Positions 39,338 to 49,580 of a stretch of DNA of 64,000 nucleotides are shown here, piece after piece. Source of the stretch: Alphaproteobacteria bacterium (GTDB taxonomy: Bacteria; Pseudomonadota; Alphaproteobacteria; Bin95). The first letter of the stretch is position 1. Each line of letters opens with the position of its first letter. The translations under genes were made by a program, and so were the position numbers. The notes under the pieces are model-generated. The model worked only from the letters and a program-made list of their open reading frames with translations, was not told where the DNA came from and made no database searches. The DNA lies in contig OZ219788.1 of NCBI GenBank assembly GCA_964291285.2, positions 732,973 to 796,972 on the forward strand. The letters run 5' to 3'.

Positions 39338-42300
39338 TTGCGGGTAAGGCCTCGGCATGTCCTGTGGATATTGGCGGTCCTCGCGGTCTTCGCTTCGGCG
39401 CTGGCGGCTGTTGCGGTCTGGCGCCTGTCCCAGGGGCCGGTGAACCTTGCCCTGCTGGCGCCGCGCGTCGAGGCGGCGCTTTCCCGTCCCGAGGCCGGCT
39501 ACAGGGCGGAAATCGAGGTAGTCGAGGTCGCATGGGCCGGCTGGAGCCGGTTGCTGCGCTTCAAGGTCTCGGATGCGCGGCTCGTGACACTCGAAGGCAG
39601 GCCGCTGGTGGAGACGCAGGGGCTGGAATTCGCCCTGAGCGTGAGCGACGTGCTGAGAGGCCGGGTCGTGCCGAGGGAAGTCGAGCTGCTCGGCGTCAGT
39701 GCCACGGTGCGCCGGCGAACCAACGGCACGATCAGCCTCGTCGCCGCGGCGAACGTGGAAACCGATGGCGAACCGCAGGAAATTGATCTTGGCGGACTGC
39801 TTGCCGCAGGCGTGGCGGGCGGCGGGGCCGGCCTTGCAGGCTTTGGCGTGCGCGGGGCGGCCCTCACGGTCGTCGATGACATCATGGGAATGGAGTGGAG
39901 CGTGCCCCGGCTCGACCTGGCCTTCCGCGGCGACGGCGGGGAAACGGTCGCGGAAGGCACGGCATCCCTGCGCCTCGGAGAAGCCGAGACGGATATCGGG
40001 TTCACGCTGTCTCCGTCAGGAAACGCCGGCGGGCCGTCGCTTTCCGCCCGGCTGCACGGACTGCGTCCTCAGGATATCGCCGGGCTCCATCCCCTGCTGA
40101 CATTGCTCGGCTACCTCACCACACCGCTGAGCGGCAGCATCGCCGTCCATCTTGCGCCGGACTACGCTGTCAGCGCGCTCGAAGCGGACCTGCACGGCGC
40201 CGGCGGGGCCGTCGCCGATCCGCAGGATACCGGGGGCGGCGTTCCGGTGGACGGGCTCATCATACAGGCTCGCGCCATAGACGGTTTTGCGCGGCTTGAG
40301 ATCGAAACAGTCGAAATCAAGGCGCTCGGCCATACGGCGCGCCTGTCGGGCGGAGGCGCGCGGCAGGACGGGGCGGTTTCTGCCTTCACGCATCTGGAGG
40401 ACCTGCCGCCGGCCCTGCTGGCGCCGCTGCTGCCGCCGCGCCTTGCCGCCGTGGCGGCATTGGACGCACCCGTTTCGGGCACCGTGGTATGGACGCTCGA
40501 TCCCGACTTCCGGCCCCTGACCCTGGACCTGGGGCTGACGCTTGGCGCCGGCAGCCTGCATGTCGCCGGCCCGCAGTCGGAAGCCGTTGCCCTGGAGGGC
40601 GGCAGCGCCTTCGTTCAGGCGGATCTCATGGCCGGGCAAATACTGGTCGAATCCCTGAACCTGGGGTTAAGCCGCGGCAGCATCGAGGCCAGCGGCAGCG
40701 GCAAGCGCGGTGAATCCGGATGGAGCGTGCATCTGGAGGGCGAGGCCGCTGCGGTTCCGGTGGACGATCTTCGGCTCCTGTGGCCCCCGGATGTCGGAGG
40801 CCCCGGCCCCCGCCAGTGGGTGCTTTCGAACCTGAGCAAGGGCCTGGTGGACAAGGCCCGGATCGTTGCCGATGCCGAGCTGGCCCCCGATGCCGACCCC
40901 GTGTTCCGGTCCCCGGCAATCAACGGCAGCCTGTCCTTTTCCGGGGTCACGGCGCGCTACTGGCATCCGCTTCCGCCGTTCGAGGACATTGACGGCAAGG
41001 CGGTCTTCGACTCGCAGTCGTTCCGGCTGGCATTGTCCGGCGGCAAATACCGGGACATCGCGGTTGCGGGCGCCACGGTGGACTTTCTGGGACTGGACCG
41101 CGAGAAGCCGCCTTCCAGACTGGAGGCGGATGTCAGGTTCGAGGGGCCGCTCGGCCATATTCTGGAAGTTCTCGACCGCGAACCGCTCGGATACGCCGGC
41201 TACCTCGGAATGGATCCCGCGGCGCTCGGCGGCGATGTGGTGTTCCGCCTTCGGGTCGGTCTGCCGCTGCTTGCCGCGCTCGCCTTCGACGATATCGCGC
41301 TGAAAGCGGAAGGAGGGGTCGTCAATGCGCGTCTGCCGGTCGCTGTGCTCGGGACGAATCTTGAAGGCGCCCGCATCGACGTGAAGGTGGACAAACAGCA
41401 CTTCGCCGTTTCGGGAGGCGGCTTGCTCGACGGGCAGCCGGCGACATTCGACGTCGAACAGCGGTTTTCGGGCAGCAGCCCGGTCGAAGCCGTTTACAGG
41501 CTGCGCACGACCTTCGACGAAGAGGGGCAGGCGCGTCTCGGCTTCCGGCTTCCCCCTTATGTGCGCGGACCTGTCGAGATCGACCTGGCTGCAACGGAGA
41601 ACCGGGACAACACAACCGAACTCAAGGTGAAGGCGGGCCTCGGGGCCAGCGAAATTCAGCTGAAGCGCCTCCATTGGACGAAACCCGCCGGCGAGCCTGC
41701 CTGGCTGGAGGCAAGCCTTCGCGCCGGGCCGGACGGACTGCTCGAGGCGTCGTCGATTGCCGCCGCCGCGCCGGGCCTCGAATTTGTCGGCCGGGCCCGT
41801 TTCGATATCGCGGGCGGCAAGCTCCTTGAAGGCTCGCTGGATCGGCTGCGGCTCGGCGAGCGGACCGATCTCGCCGTCAAGGTCGAGCCGCTGTCCGACG
41901 GCACGGTCTCGATCGGGGCGAAAGGACCGAGTATCGATCTTTCGCTCTTCCTGGACGGCGCAGGCGGCGAGCCGGACGGGCAACGGGGGCTCGACCGTCT
42001 TGACATCCGCCTGGACGCGGACCGCGCCTGGTTCGGGGGAGAGGCGCCGCTGCACGGTTTCGCCGCCGGAATCGGGGTGGAAGGGGGGCGGGTATCGGAA
42101 GCTGCAGTGAAAGCCCGGACGGCCAATGGGCAGGCCGTATCGCTCTCCCTTCAGCCGGACGGCGACAAGGCCGCGTTGAGGATCGATGCCGAGGATACGG
42201 GCGCGCTGCTTTCCGCGCTCGGCTGGTATGAAAACATGCGGGGCGGCCTGTTGCGCCTGACTGCCAGGGGCTCCGCCGGGGGGCAGGAAGACTACCGGGG

Positions 42301-42811
42301 CTCGCTGATGGTCAAGCATTTCCGGATAAAGGATGCGCCGGTTCTGACCCGTCTCCTCGCAGCGGCGTCGCTCACCGGTATCGGCGATGCCCTGTCGAGC
42401 GATGCTGGCCTGCAGTTTGAACGCCTGGAGACATCGTTCAGGATACAGGACCGCCGGATCGGTCTGGGTCCGGGCCGGGCCTTCGGCAATTCCATCGGTG
42501 TGACATTCCGCGGCGAATTCGACCGGGACCGGGAGACCGTGGCCCTCAACGGCGTGCTGGTGCCGGTCTATTACGTCAGCCGGGTGCTAAGAAAAATTCC
42601 CCTGATCGGGGACCTTCTGACGGGCGGCGGCGAAGGCCTGTTCGCCGCGAACTACGAAATGTCGGGCCCGGCGGACGATCCGAAGACCAAGGTGAATCCC
42701 CTGTCGGTTCTCGCTCCCGGCTTCCTTCGCGGCCTGTTCGGACCGCTTCTCGGTGCGGAAGGGCGCGACTGGGACCCGGACGAAGACCCTGTCGGCAAGA
42801 CGGTCCAGTAG
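39338..42811 (+). CDS. YhdP/AsmA2-like (DUF3971) envelope protein
   Basis: N-terminal TM anchor, RLSQGPV, C-terminal IPLIGDLLTGG...GLFAANY...VNPLSVLAPGFLR; divergent from glnE. Confidence 0.85.
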   Translation: MRVRPRHVLWILAVLAVFASALAAVAVWRLSQGPVNLALLAPRVEAALSRPEAGYRAEIEVVEVAWAGWSRLLRFKVSDARLVTLEGRPLVETQGLEFALSVSDVLRGRVVPREVELLGVSATVRRRTNGTISLVAAANVETDGEPQEIDLGGLLAAGVAGGGAGLAGFGVRGAALTVVDDIMGMEWSVPRLDLAFRGDGGETVAEGTASLRLGEAETDIGFTLSPSGNAGGPSLSARLHGLRPQDIAGLHPLLTLLGYLTTPLSGSIAVHLAPDYAVSALEADLHGAGGAVADPQDTGGGVPVDGLIIQARAIDGFARLEIETVEIKALGHTARLSGGGARQDGAVSAFTHLEDLPPALLAPLLPPRLAAVAALDAPVSGTVVWTLDPDFRPLTLDLGLTLGAGSLHVAGPQSEAVALEGGSAFVQADLMAGQILVESLNLGLSRGSIEASGSGKRGESGWSVHLEGEAAAVPVDDLRLLWPPDVGGPGPRQWVLSNLSKGLVDKARIVADAELAPDADPVFRSPAINGSLSFSGVTARYWHPLPPFEDIDGKAVFDSQSFRLALSGGKYRDIAVAGATVDFLGLDREKPPSRLEADVRFEGPLGHILEVLDREPLGYAGYLGMDPAALGGDVVFRLRVGLPLLAALAFDDIALKAEGGVVNARLPVAVLGTNLEGARIDVKVDKQHFAVSGGGLLDGQPATFDVEQRFSGSSPVEAVYRLRTTFDEEGQARLGFRLPPYVRGPVEIDLAATENRDNTTELKVKAGLGASEIQLKRLHWTKPAGEPAWLEASLRAGPDGLLEASSIAAAAPGLEFVGRARFDIAGGKLLEGSLDRLRLGERTDLAVKVEPLSDGTVSIGAKGPSIDLSLFLDGAGGEPDGQRGLDRLDIRLDADRAWFGGEAPLHGFAAGIGVEGGRVSEAAVKARTANGQAVSLSLQPDGDKAALRIDAEDTGALLSALGWYENMRGGLLRLTARGSAGGQEDYRGSLMVKHFRIKDAPVLTRLLAAASLTGIGDALSSDAGLQFERLETSFRIQDRRIGLGPGRAFGNSIGVTFRGEFDRDRETVALNGVLVPVYYVSRVLRKIPLIGDLLTGGGEGLFAANYEMSGPADDPKTKVNPLSVLAPGFLRGLFGPLLGAEGRDWDPDEDPVGKTVQ

Positions 42812-42826
42812 CTCGCGGCTTCGACG

Positions 42827-43633
42827 TCAGGTCCCGACCCTGAGCGTCTGCGTCAGGCTCTTCAGGCAGGCGATCACGCTCGGGGCGACGATTTTTCCCG
42901 TTCGGGGATTTTCCTCCGAGGGAACGCCGGCGATCTCCAGCGTAAAGCGCACCGCTTCGGCTTCCACCTCGATCCTGTGCTGGTTGCGGTCCACGGCCGG
43001 GTCCGCCCAGATTTCCAGCTCCGTGCGGTCGGGGCCGATGCCGGCGAGCGACAGCGCGGCGGCGACATTGACGTTGGCGGGAAAGCCCCGCGCCCCGTCG
43101 CGGGCGCTGCCCTTGAAGACGCACTTCGCCTCCGTCAGGCCGTCCACCTCGATCCCGTTCTCGACCAGGTGAGGCGCGCCGGCGAGGCCGCCGGGCGGTT
43201 TCCGCGTGACCATCGTGACGCGGTGGATAGTGCCCTCCGCCGCCGCCTTGACGGCGTCGAGGCCGAGCAGGGCGCCGGTCGGCACCACGATCCTGGCGCC
43301 GGTCTCCTTCGCCCGGTCGACGAGGTGCATGCGCGGCAGCAGCGCGCCCACGCTGGTCGGCATGAAAATCCGCCCCCGTTCGACGGCGGGCAGGGCGACC
43401 TCTTCGAAGACGGCAGCCGGCGCGCATTCGAGCACCAGGTCGGAGCAGGTCGCCAGTTCGCCGAGCGGAACGACGGGCGCGGGCGCGCGGAACTCCGCCT
43501 GCCGCGCCTCGGCCCGCGCCGTGTCCTTGGCCGAAACGGCGGCGAGCGCCAGGCCGTCGATGCCGATGTCGATGGCGGCGGCGACCTGCCGGCCGATCGT
43601 GCCGAAACCGCCTATACCCACCCTGAGCGCCAT
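42827..43633 (-). CDS. nadX: L-aspartate dehydrogenase
   Basis: GFGTIG, ECAP, GALLGLD, FPANVNVAAALSLAG, ENPRTG motifs. Confidence 0.88.
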   Translation of the reverse strand: MALRVGIGGFGTIGRQVAAAIDIGIDGLALAAVSAKDTARAEARQAEFRAPAPVVPLGELATCSDLVLECAPAAVFEEVALPAVERGRIFMPTSVGALLPRMHLVDRAKETGARIVVPTGALLGLDAVKAAAEGTIHRVTMVTRKPPGGLAGAPHLVENGIEVDGLTEAKCVFKGSARDGARGFPANVNVAAALSLAGIGPDRTELEIWADPAVDRNQHRIEVEAEAVRFTLEIAGVPSEENPRTGKIVAPSVIACLKSLTQTLRVGT

Positions 43634-43713
43634 GTCCGTCCCGCCTTTGCCGATGCTTGCCGATGGGGAAAGTCTAGCGCATCGTCCGGCCCGGCTGAAC
43701 GAAGGGGCACCAG

Positions 43714-45075
43714 ATGACCGCAACCGTCAACCCGACCGACATGCGCATTCCCGATCCGGGCATCCGCGCGCTCTTCCATATCGAGGCGCGGTGGCAGGCC
43801 TGGCTCGATGCGGAGGCGGCGCTGGCGCTCGCGGAAGCCGATCTCGGCATGATCCCGCAGGCGGCGGCGGAAGAGATCGCGGCCAAGGCGAAGCTCGAAC
43901 TGATCGACCGGGAAAGCCTCGACGAAGGCTTCCGGCGGACGGCGCACCAACTGGTGCCGCTCGTCTGGGAGCTCTCGGAAATCTGCGAGGGCGACGCCGG
44001 CAACTATGTGCACTGGGGCGCGACGACGCAGAACATCGTGCAGACGGGCGACCTGCTGCTGCTCCGGCAGGTGCATGGGGTGCTGCTCGGCCAGATCGGG
44101 CAGGCGCTCGACGCGATGGCCGGGCTTGCGGAGACCTGGGCCGATGCCGCGCTTCCGGGCCGCACCCACGGCCAGCACGCCGTGCCGACCACGTTCGGGG
44201 CCAAGGTCGCGGTCTGGATCGACGAGCTGGCCCGCCATGCGGAGCGGCTGCGCGGCCTGGAGGGGCGCACCTTCGTAGCCATGCTGGGCGGGGCGGCCGG
44301 CACGCTGGCTTCCTTCGGCGCGCACGGCTTCCGGGTGCAGGAGCGGATGGCCGCGCATCTCGGCATGGGCTCGATGCCGGTGCCGTCGCGCACCCAGGGC
44401 GACCATTTCGGCGAGTATGTGGCGGTGCTGGCCCTTCTGGCATCGACCTCGGCCAAGATCGGGCGCGAGGTCTATACCGGCATGAAGCAGGAGTTCGGGG
44501 AACTGGAAGAGCCGGTGCCGCGCGGCACGGTCGGCTCTTCCACCATGCCGCAGAAGCGCAACCCCATCCTCAGCCAGGACGTCGTCGCCGCCGCCGCGCA
44601 GGTGCGGGCAGCGCTGCCGCTGGTGCTGGAGGGGATGCAGACCGAGCACGAGGCGGACCGCGCGACCTCCATGCTCATCCGGCGGGGGCTGGAGCAGGCC
44701 TGCGTGGGCGCGGGCGACATGCTCTCGCGCCTCGTCGCGATCATGGAGGGCCTGACGGTCAAGCCGGAGCGGATGCGCGCCAATCTCGACCTCTCGGACG
44801 GCCTCATCATGGCGGAGCCGCTGATGCTGGCGCTCGGCGAGACGCTTGGCCGGCAGGAGGCGCACGATGTCGTCTATGAGGCCGCGCAGGCGGCGGCGCG
44901 GGGCGAGGGCCGGTTCCGCGACCTGCTGGCCGCCGACCCGGAGATAGCCGCGCACCTCGACGCGCCGCGCATCGCCGCGCTGCTCGACCCGGCGCGCTAC
45001 ACCGGCGAGGCCCCGGCCATGGCGCGGCAGCAGGCGAAGGCGGCCCGCGCGCTCAGCCGCGAACTGCGGAAGTGA
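43714..45075 (+). CDS. Adenylosuccinate lyase / PcaB family (fumarase-aspartase superfamily)
   Basis: HWGATTQ, GRTHGQHA, GSSTMPQKRNP signature. Confidence 0.9.
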   Translation: MTATVNPTDMRIPDPGIRALFHIEARWQAWLDAEAALALAEADLGMIPQAAAEEIAAKAKLELIDRESLDEGFRRTAHQLVPLVWELSEICEGDAGNYVHWGATTQNIVQTGDLLLLRQVHGVLLGQIGQALDAMAGLAETWADAALPGRTHGQHAVPTTFGAKVAVWIDELARHAERLRGLEGRTFVAMLGGAAGTLASFGAHGFRVQERMAAHLGMGSMPVPSRTQGDHFGEYVAVLALLASTSAKIGREVYTGMKQEFGELEEPVPRGTVGSSTMPQKRNPILSQDVVAAAAQVRAALPLVLEGMQTEHEADRATSMLIRRGLEQACVGAGDMLSRLVAIMEGLTVKPERMRANLDLSDGLIMAEPLMLALGETLGRQEAHDVVYEAAQAAARGEGRFRDLLAADPEIAAHLDAPRIAALLDPARYTGEAPAMARQQAKAARALSRELRK

Positions 45076-46075
45076 ACGCCTGCCAGCGCTCGGCCTGGTC
45101 GCTGTCCGGGATCGGGCGGTAGGGCGCCACGCGGTCCACCAGCCCGTCATAGCGGCTGCGGAGCCTGTCGCCGAGCTCGCCCGGCTTGCCGATGATCGCG
45201 ATGTCCTCGACCAGGCTGTCGGGCACGAGCGCGGCCATTTCGTCGAACGCGCCCTGGCGCACCAGCCCGCTCAGCGTCCTGCCGAGGTCGGCGAGGCCGT
45301 GATGCTCCAGCATGCGCCTGTAGTTGGGGGTTGAGCCGTAGAACGAGATGTCGCGCCGGACCTGCTCGAAGGCCGCGTCCATCTCCGCCTGGCTGTCTCC
45401 GGTGACGAGCCAGACCATCGTTTGCAGGTCCAGGTCGTCCACCGTCAGCCCGCGCGTCTTCGCCCCTTCGCCGATGGCGGGCTTGACCACTTCGTTGAGG
45501 TAGGACACCGAGTGCATGGGGTGGATGTGGAAGCCGTCCGCCGCTTCGCCTGCCGCCCGGCACATGCGCGGATTGACGCCGGCGAGGTAGATCGGGATGT
45601 GTGGATGGTCGATGGGCCCCGGATTGAAGAACGGGTTCATCAGCCGGAACCGGTAGAACGGCCCCTCGTAGCCCGGCCGCGCATCGGTCTGGAAGGTGTC
45701 GAAGATCGCGCGCATGCAGCGGATATAGTCGGTGACGCGCGCCGCCGGCCGGTCGAACGGCATCGAGAAGCGCCGCTCCACATGGGCGCGCACCTGCGTG
45801 CCGAGCCCCAGATGCAGCCGCCCGCGCGACGCGCGCTGGATGTCCCAGGCCGTGCCGGCCATCGAGAAGGGGCTGCGCGCGAAGGCGACCGCGATATTCG
45901 TGCCGAGTTCGAGCTTCTCCGTCGCCGTGGCCGCCACCGCGAGCGGCAGGAACGGGTCCTGCGCCGCCTCGAAGGTCCAGGCGGCGTCGAAGCCGAGCTC
46001 CTCCAGCCGCTGCGCCTGCGCAGGGACATGCGTCAGGTCGAAACCGCGCAACTGCGCGTCGATCTTGAGGGCCAT
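45053..46075 (-). CDS. LLM class (putative F420-dependent) oxidoreductase
   Basis: IAVAFARSP, LGLGTQVRAHVERRFS, FYGSTPNY motifs. Confidence 0.85.
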   Translation of the reverse strand: MALKIDAQLRGFDLTHVPAQAQRLEELGFDAAWTFEAAQDPFLPLAVAATATEKLELGTNIAVAFARSPFSMAGTAWDIQRASRGRLHLGLGTQVRAHVERRFSMPFDRPAARVTDYIRCMRAIFDTFQTDARPGYEGPFYRFRLMNPFFNPGPIDHPHIPIYLAGVNPRMCRAAGEAADGFHIHPMHSVSYLNEVVKPAIGEGAKTRGLTVDDLDLQTMVWLVTGDSQAEMDAAFEQVRRDISFYGSTPNYRRMLEHHGLADLGRTLSGLVRQGAFDEMAALVPDSLVEDIAIIGKPGELGDRLRSRYDGLVDRVAPYRPIPDSDQAERWQAFTSAVRG

Positions 46076-46184
46076 GGCCGGCCTTGTCTCCGTTTTCCGT
46101 TCGGGTGCCGGCAGGATAGCACCGCGAAAATCCCCCCGCGATGCGGTAGAGTGGCGGCCTGGAACGCAGGAAAGGCCCGCGCCC

Positions 46185-46889
46185 ATGACCGCCGCCATCG
46201 ACCTCTACACTTGGCCGACGCCGAACGGCCACAAGGTCCACATCATGCTGGAGGAGACAGGCCTCGGCTACAACGTCATTCCGGTCAATATCGGCAAGGG
46301 CGAGCAGTTCGCCCCCGACTTCCTGAAGATCAGCCCGAACAACAAGATGCCGGCGATGGTCGATCCGGAGGGGCCGGGCGGCGGGCCGTTCGCGCTCGCG
46401 GAATCCGGCGCGATGCTGATCTACCTGGCGGAAAAGACGGGCCGCTTCCTCTCAACCGACCCGGCGGAGCGCTACCGCACCCTGCAATGGCTGATGACCC
46501 AGATGGGCCATGTCGGGCCGATGCTGGGGCAGATAAACCACTTCCGGAACTATGCGGTCGAGAAGATCCCCTACGCCATCGACCGCTATGTCAACGAGGG
46601 CACGCGGCTCTACAACGTGCTCGACCGCCGCCTCGGCGAAAGCGGGTGGCTCGGCGGCGCCGACTATTCCATCGCCGACATGGCGACATATCCGTGGCTC
46701 CGCAGTTGGGAGAACCAGGGCCAGAACCTCGAGGCGCATCCCAACCTCGCGCGCTGGTTCCGGGAGATCGAGGCCCGCCCGGCGGTGGAGCGCGGCTGCG
46801 CCGTGCTGGCCGACCGCCGCCGGCAGGGCGGCATGACCGAAGAGGAACGCGAGATCATGTTCGGCGCGACGCAATACCAAAAGCGCTGA
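46185..46889 (+). CDS. Glutathione S-transferase (YfcG-like)
   Basis: WPTPNGHK, ISPNNKMP, ESGAML, YSIADMA motifs. Confidence 0.92.
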   Translation: MTAAIDLYTWPTPNGHKVHIMLEETGLGYNVIPVNIGKGEQFAPDFLKISPNNKMPAMVDPEGPGGGPFALAESGAMLIYLAEKTGRFLSTDPAERYRTLQWLMTQMGHVGPMLGQINHFRNYAVEKIPYAIDRYVNEGTRLYNVLDRRLGESGWLGGADYSIADMATYPWLRSWENQGQNLEAHPNLARWFREIEARPAVERGCAVLADRRRQGGMTEEEREIMFGATQYQKR

Positions 46890-46939
46890 GGCGGCGCGCT
46901 TCGCCACTCGGACAAGCACGACAGGGAGGGAATGCGGCG

Positions 46940-47395
46940 ATGGCCGGCCTTTGGTATGAGGAATTCGAGATCGGGAGGGAGTGGAAGCACCCGATCACCC
47001 GCACGGTGACGGAGATGGACAACATCCTGTTCACCGCGCTCACCCACAACCCGCAGCCGCTGCACCTGGACGAGGAATTCGCGAAGGAGAACTCGCAATT
47101 CGGCCAGCGGATCGTGAACTCGATCTTCACCCTCGGCCTGATGATCGGCGTGTCGGTGGAGGAAACCACGCTCGGCACCACGGTCGGCAATCTCGGCATG
47201 ACCGACTGCGTCTTCCGCAACCCCGTCGTCCACGGCGACACGATCACCTCCTTCACGAAGGTCCTCGACAAGCGCGAGAGCCGGTCCCGCCCGGAGGTCG
47301 GCATCGTCACCTTCGAGCACTGGGCGGTGAACCAGCGCGGCGAGGAGGTCGCCCGCTGCAAGCGCCAGGGCATGATGAAGAAGCGCCCGTCATGA
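46940..47395 (+). CDS. MaoC family dehydratase
   Basis: RTVTEMDN, NPQPLHLD, PVVHGDT, ESRSRP motifs. Confidence 0.9.
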   Translation: MAGLWYEEFEIGREWKHPITRTVTEMDNILFTALTHNPQPLHLDEEFAKENSQFGQRIVNSIFTLGLMIGVSVEETTLGTTVGNLGMTDCVFRNPVVHGDTITSFTKVLDKRESRSRPEVGIVTFEHWAVNQRGEEVARCKRQGMMKKRPS

Positions 47396-48282
47396 GCGCG
47401 GCGCTCAGATGCTTCCTGTTCGTGCCGGGCGACAGCGCGCGCAAGTTCGAGAAGGCGCGCGGCGTGCCGGCCGATGCGCTGATCCTCGACCTCGAGGACT
47501 CGGTGGCGCAGGCCAACCTGCCCGTGGCGCGGCGGATGGTGCGGGAGCGGCTCGAAGCCAGCCGGGACGACCGCGCCCAGCAGTTATGGGTCCGCGTCAA
47601 CCCGCTCGACACGGACCTCGCGCTGCCGGACCTCGCGGCGGTGATGGCCGGCGCGCCGGACGGGATCGTGCTGCCCAAGACCTTCTCCGCCACCGAGGCG
47701 GTCCGGCTCGACCACTACCTCTCGGCGCTGGAGGCGCGGGAGGAGGTGGAGCCCGGCTCGACGCAGATTCTCGTCGTCGCCACCGAGACGGCGCGCTCGC
47801 TCTTCACCATGGACAGCTTCACCGGCGCGAGCCCGCGCATCTACGGCATGACCTGGGGCGCGGAGGACCTCTCGGCCGCGCTCGGCGCCTCCACCAACCG
47901 CGCGCCGGACGGGCAGTATGAGGACGTGTACCGGCTGGCCCGCGCGCTCTGCCTGGCGGCCTGCAAGGCGGCGGGCACGGAGCCGGTCGACTCGGTCTAT
48001 CCCGACTTCCGCGACCTGGACGGCCTGCACGCCGAGGCGCTGCAGGGGCGCAGGACGGGCTTCACCGGCAAGGTGGCGATCCACCCCGCCCAGGTGGACC
48101 CGATCAACGACGCCTATGCGCCCACCGAAGACGAGATCGCCCACGCCCGCCGCGTCGTCGAGGCGATGGAGAACGCCGGCGGCGCCGGAACCGTCGGCCT
48201 GGACGGCAAGATGCTCGACATGCCCCACCTCAAGGCCGCCCGCCACGTGCTGGCGCTGGCCGAGCGGGCGGGCGCGGGGTAG
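47392..48282 (+). CDS. CitE-like CoA ester lyase (HpcH/HpaI family)
   Basis: LFVPGD, ILDLEDSV, WGAEDL, GFTGKVAIHPAQ, DGKMLDMPH motifs. Confidence 0.9.
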   Translation: MSAALRCFLFVPGDSARKFEKARGVPADALILDLEDSVAQANLPVARRMVRERLEASRDDRAQQLWVRVNPLDTDLALPDLAAVMAGAPDGIVLPKTFSATEAVRLDHYLSALEAREEVEPGSTQILVVATETARSLFTMDSFTGASPRIYGMTWGAEDLSAALGASTNRAPDGQYEDVYRLARALCLAACKAAGTEPVDSVYPDFRDLDGLHAEALQGRRTGFTGKVAIHPAQVDPINDAYAPTEDEIAHARRVVEAMENAGGAGTVGLDGKMLDMPHLKAARHVLALAERAGAG

Positions 48283-48292
48283 GGCCGGGGGG

Positions 48293-48323
48293 TTATTGAA
48301 ATTTCGGCGCGAAATTTTAATAA
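48293..48323. promoter_or_regulatory. AT-rich near-perfect inverted repeat
   Basis: TTATTGAAATTTCG-GCG-CGAAATTTTAATAA, one mismatch in 14 bp. Confidence 0.55.
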
Positions 48324-48397
48324 GGCGGGCCGCTGTTTAGGAAACCTTAACGGGACGGAGACGGCCTGCCCCAAACCGTCACCCCGCCCCCAAAACC

Positions 48398-48530
48398 CGT
48401 CACCCCGGACTTGATCCGGGGGCCAACCCGGACCGTCTGCGCCTGCCGCAGCCGTTCGAAACAAAATCGCACCGTCCGCGTCCGCCGGAGAAAGCTGGAG
48501 TTGGACCCCGGATCGGGTCCGGGGTGACGG
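48398..48530. repeat. Inverted pair of REP-like palindromes
   Basis: CGTCACCCCGGACTTGATCCGGGG...CCCCGGATCGGGTCCGGGGTGACG. Confidence 0.75.
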
Positions 48531-48631
48531 TGTTTGCCTGTCCTCGTCCGGTTCCGACCGCAGTCGGCGGAGAAAGGCCGGGTCGCCGCGCCTCCAGTGA
48601 CAAACGGGGCCCGCGTCCTTAGCCTGGGGTC

Positions 48632-49474
48632 ATGCGGAGCGCGCCCTGGACGGACGAGGAGAACGATCTGGTCGTCGCGGACTATTTCGCGATGCTGGCC
48701 GACGACCTCGCCGGGCGGGGCTACAGCAAGACCGAAAGCCGGCGCGCCCTGATGCCCCTCCTGCGCAGCCGGTCGGCGGCGTCGGTCGAGTTCAAGCGCC
48801 GGAACGTCAGCGCCGTGCTCAAGGGCCTCGGCGAGGACTGGATACCCGGCTACAGGCCCGCGTTCAATTTCCAGGCGGCGCTCGCCGATGCGGTGGCCCG
48901 CTGGCTGGCGCTCAACCCCGCCTGGCTGGAGCGGATGCCGGCCGGGCGCCATGCCGAGGCGGGCGGCATGGCCGAGGCCACGCAGCTTTGGGTGGGGCCG
49001 CCGCCGACGCTCTCGAACCGCCCGCCGCCGGAGGAGCTCGGGCAGATGCTGGCCGTCGCCGCCCGGTTCGACGCGGCGGGTCGGGACGAACGCAACCGCG
49101 CTCTCGGCCGCGCCGGCGAAAGGCTGGCGCTGGCGCACGAACGCGCGGCATTGGCGGGCGCGGGCCGCAGCGACCTCGCGGACGCGGTGCGCTGGGTGGC
49201 GCAGGAGGAGGGCGACGGGGCCGGCTACGACATCGCCAGCTTCCAGCCCGACGGCCGCCCCCGGCTCATCGAGGTGAAGACCACGAACGGCTGGGAGCGC
49301 ACGCCCTTCCACATCTCGCGCAACGAACTGGCGGTGGCCGAGGCGAAGCGCGAGGAATGGCGGCTGTTCCGCCTCTGGAACTTCTCGCGTGAGCCCAGGG
49401 CCTTCGAACTGGCCCCGCCGCTCGAAGCGCATGTGTCCCTCATGCCGACGGCCTTCCAGGCGAGTTTTCCATAG
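48632..49474 (+). CDS. DUF3883 (NO VEIN C-terminal) domain putative endonuclease
   Basis: W..EE...VADYF.ML, SVEFK..NVSAVL, GRAGE, GDGAGYDIAS, IEVKTT, ISRNE motifs. Confidence 0.88.
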   Translation: MRSAPWTDEENDLVVADYFAMLADDLAGRGYSKTESRRALMPLLRSRSAASVEFKRRNVSAVLKGLGEDWIPGYRPAFNFQAALADAVARWLALNPAWLERMPAGRHAEAGGMAEATQLWVGPPPTLSNRPPPEELGQMLAVAARFDAAGRDERNRALGRAGERLALAHERAALAGAGRSDLADAVRWVAQEEGDGAGYDIASFQPDGRPRLIEVKTTNGWERTPFHISRNELAVAEAKREEWRLFRLWNFSREPRAFELAPPLEAHVSLMPTAFQASFP

Positions 49475-49515
49475 AGGGCGGCGGGCCCCGGAAGCGGTTC
49501 GGTCTGTGAACGTCA

Positions 49516-49544
49516 TTGGCAACGTCAATATTTCCGTCTATGAT
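49516..49544 (+). promoter_or_regulatory. Candidate sigma70 promoter of the antitoxin gene
   Basis: TTGGCA-17nt-TATGAT; AACGTCA direct repeats at 49509 and 49521. Confidence 0.5.
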
Positions 49545-49580
49545 TTCATCTATCGGAGCGTCTTCGCGCAGGGTCGGAAA

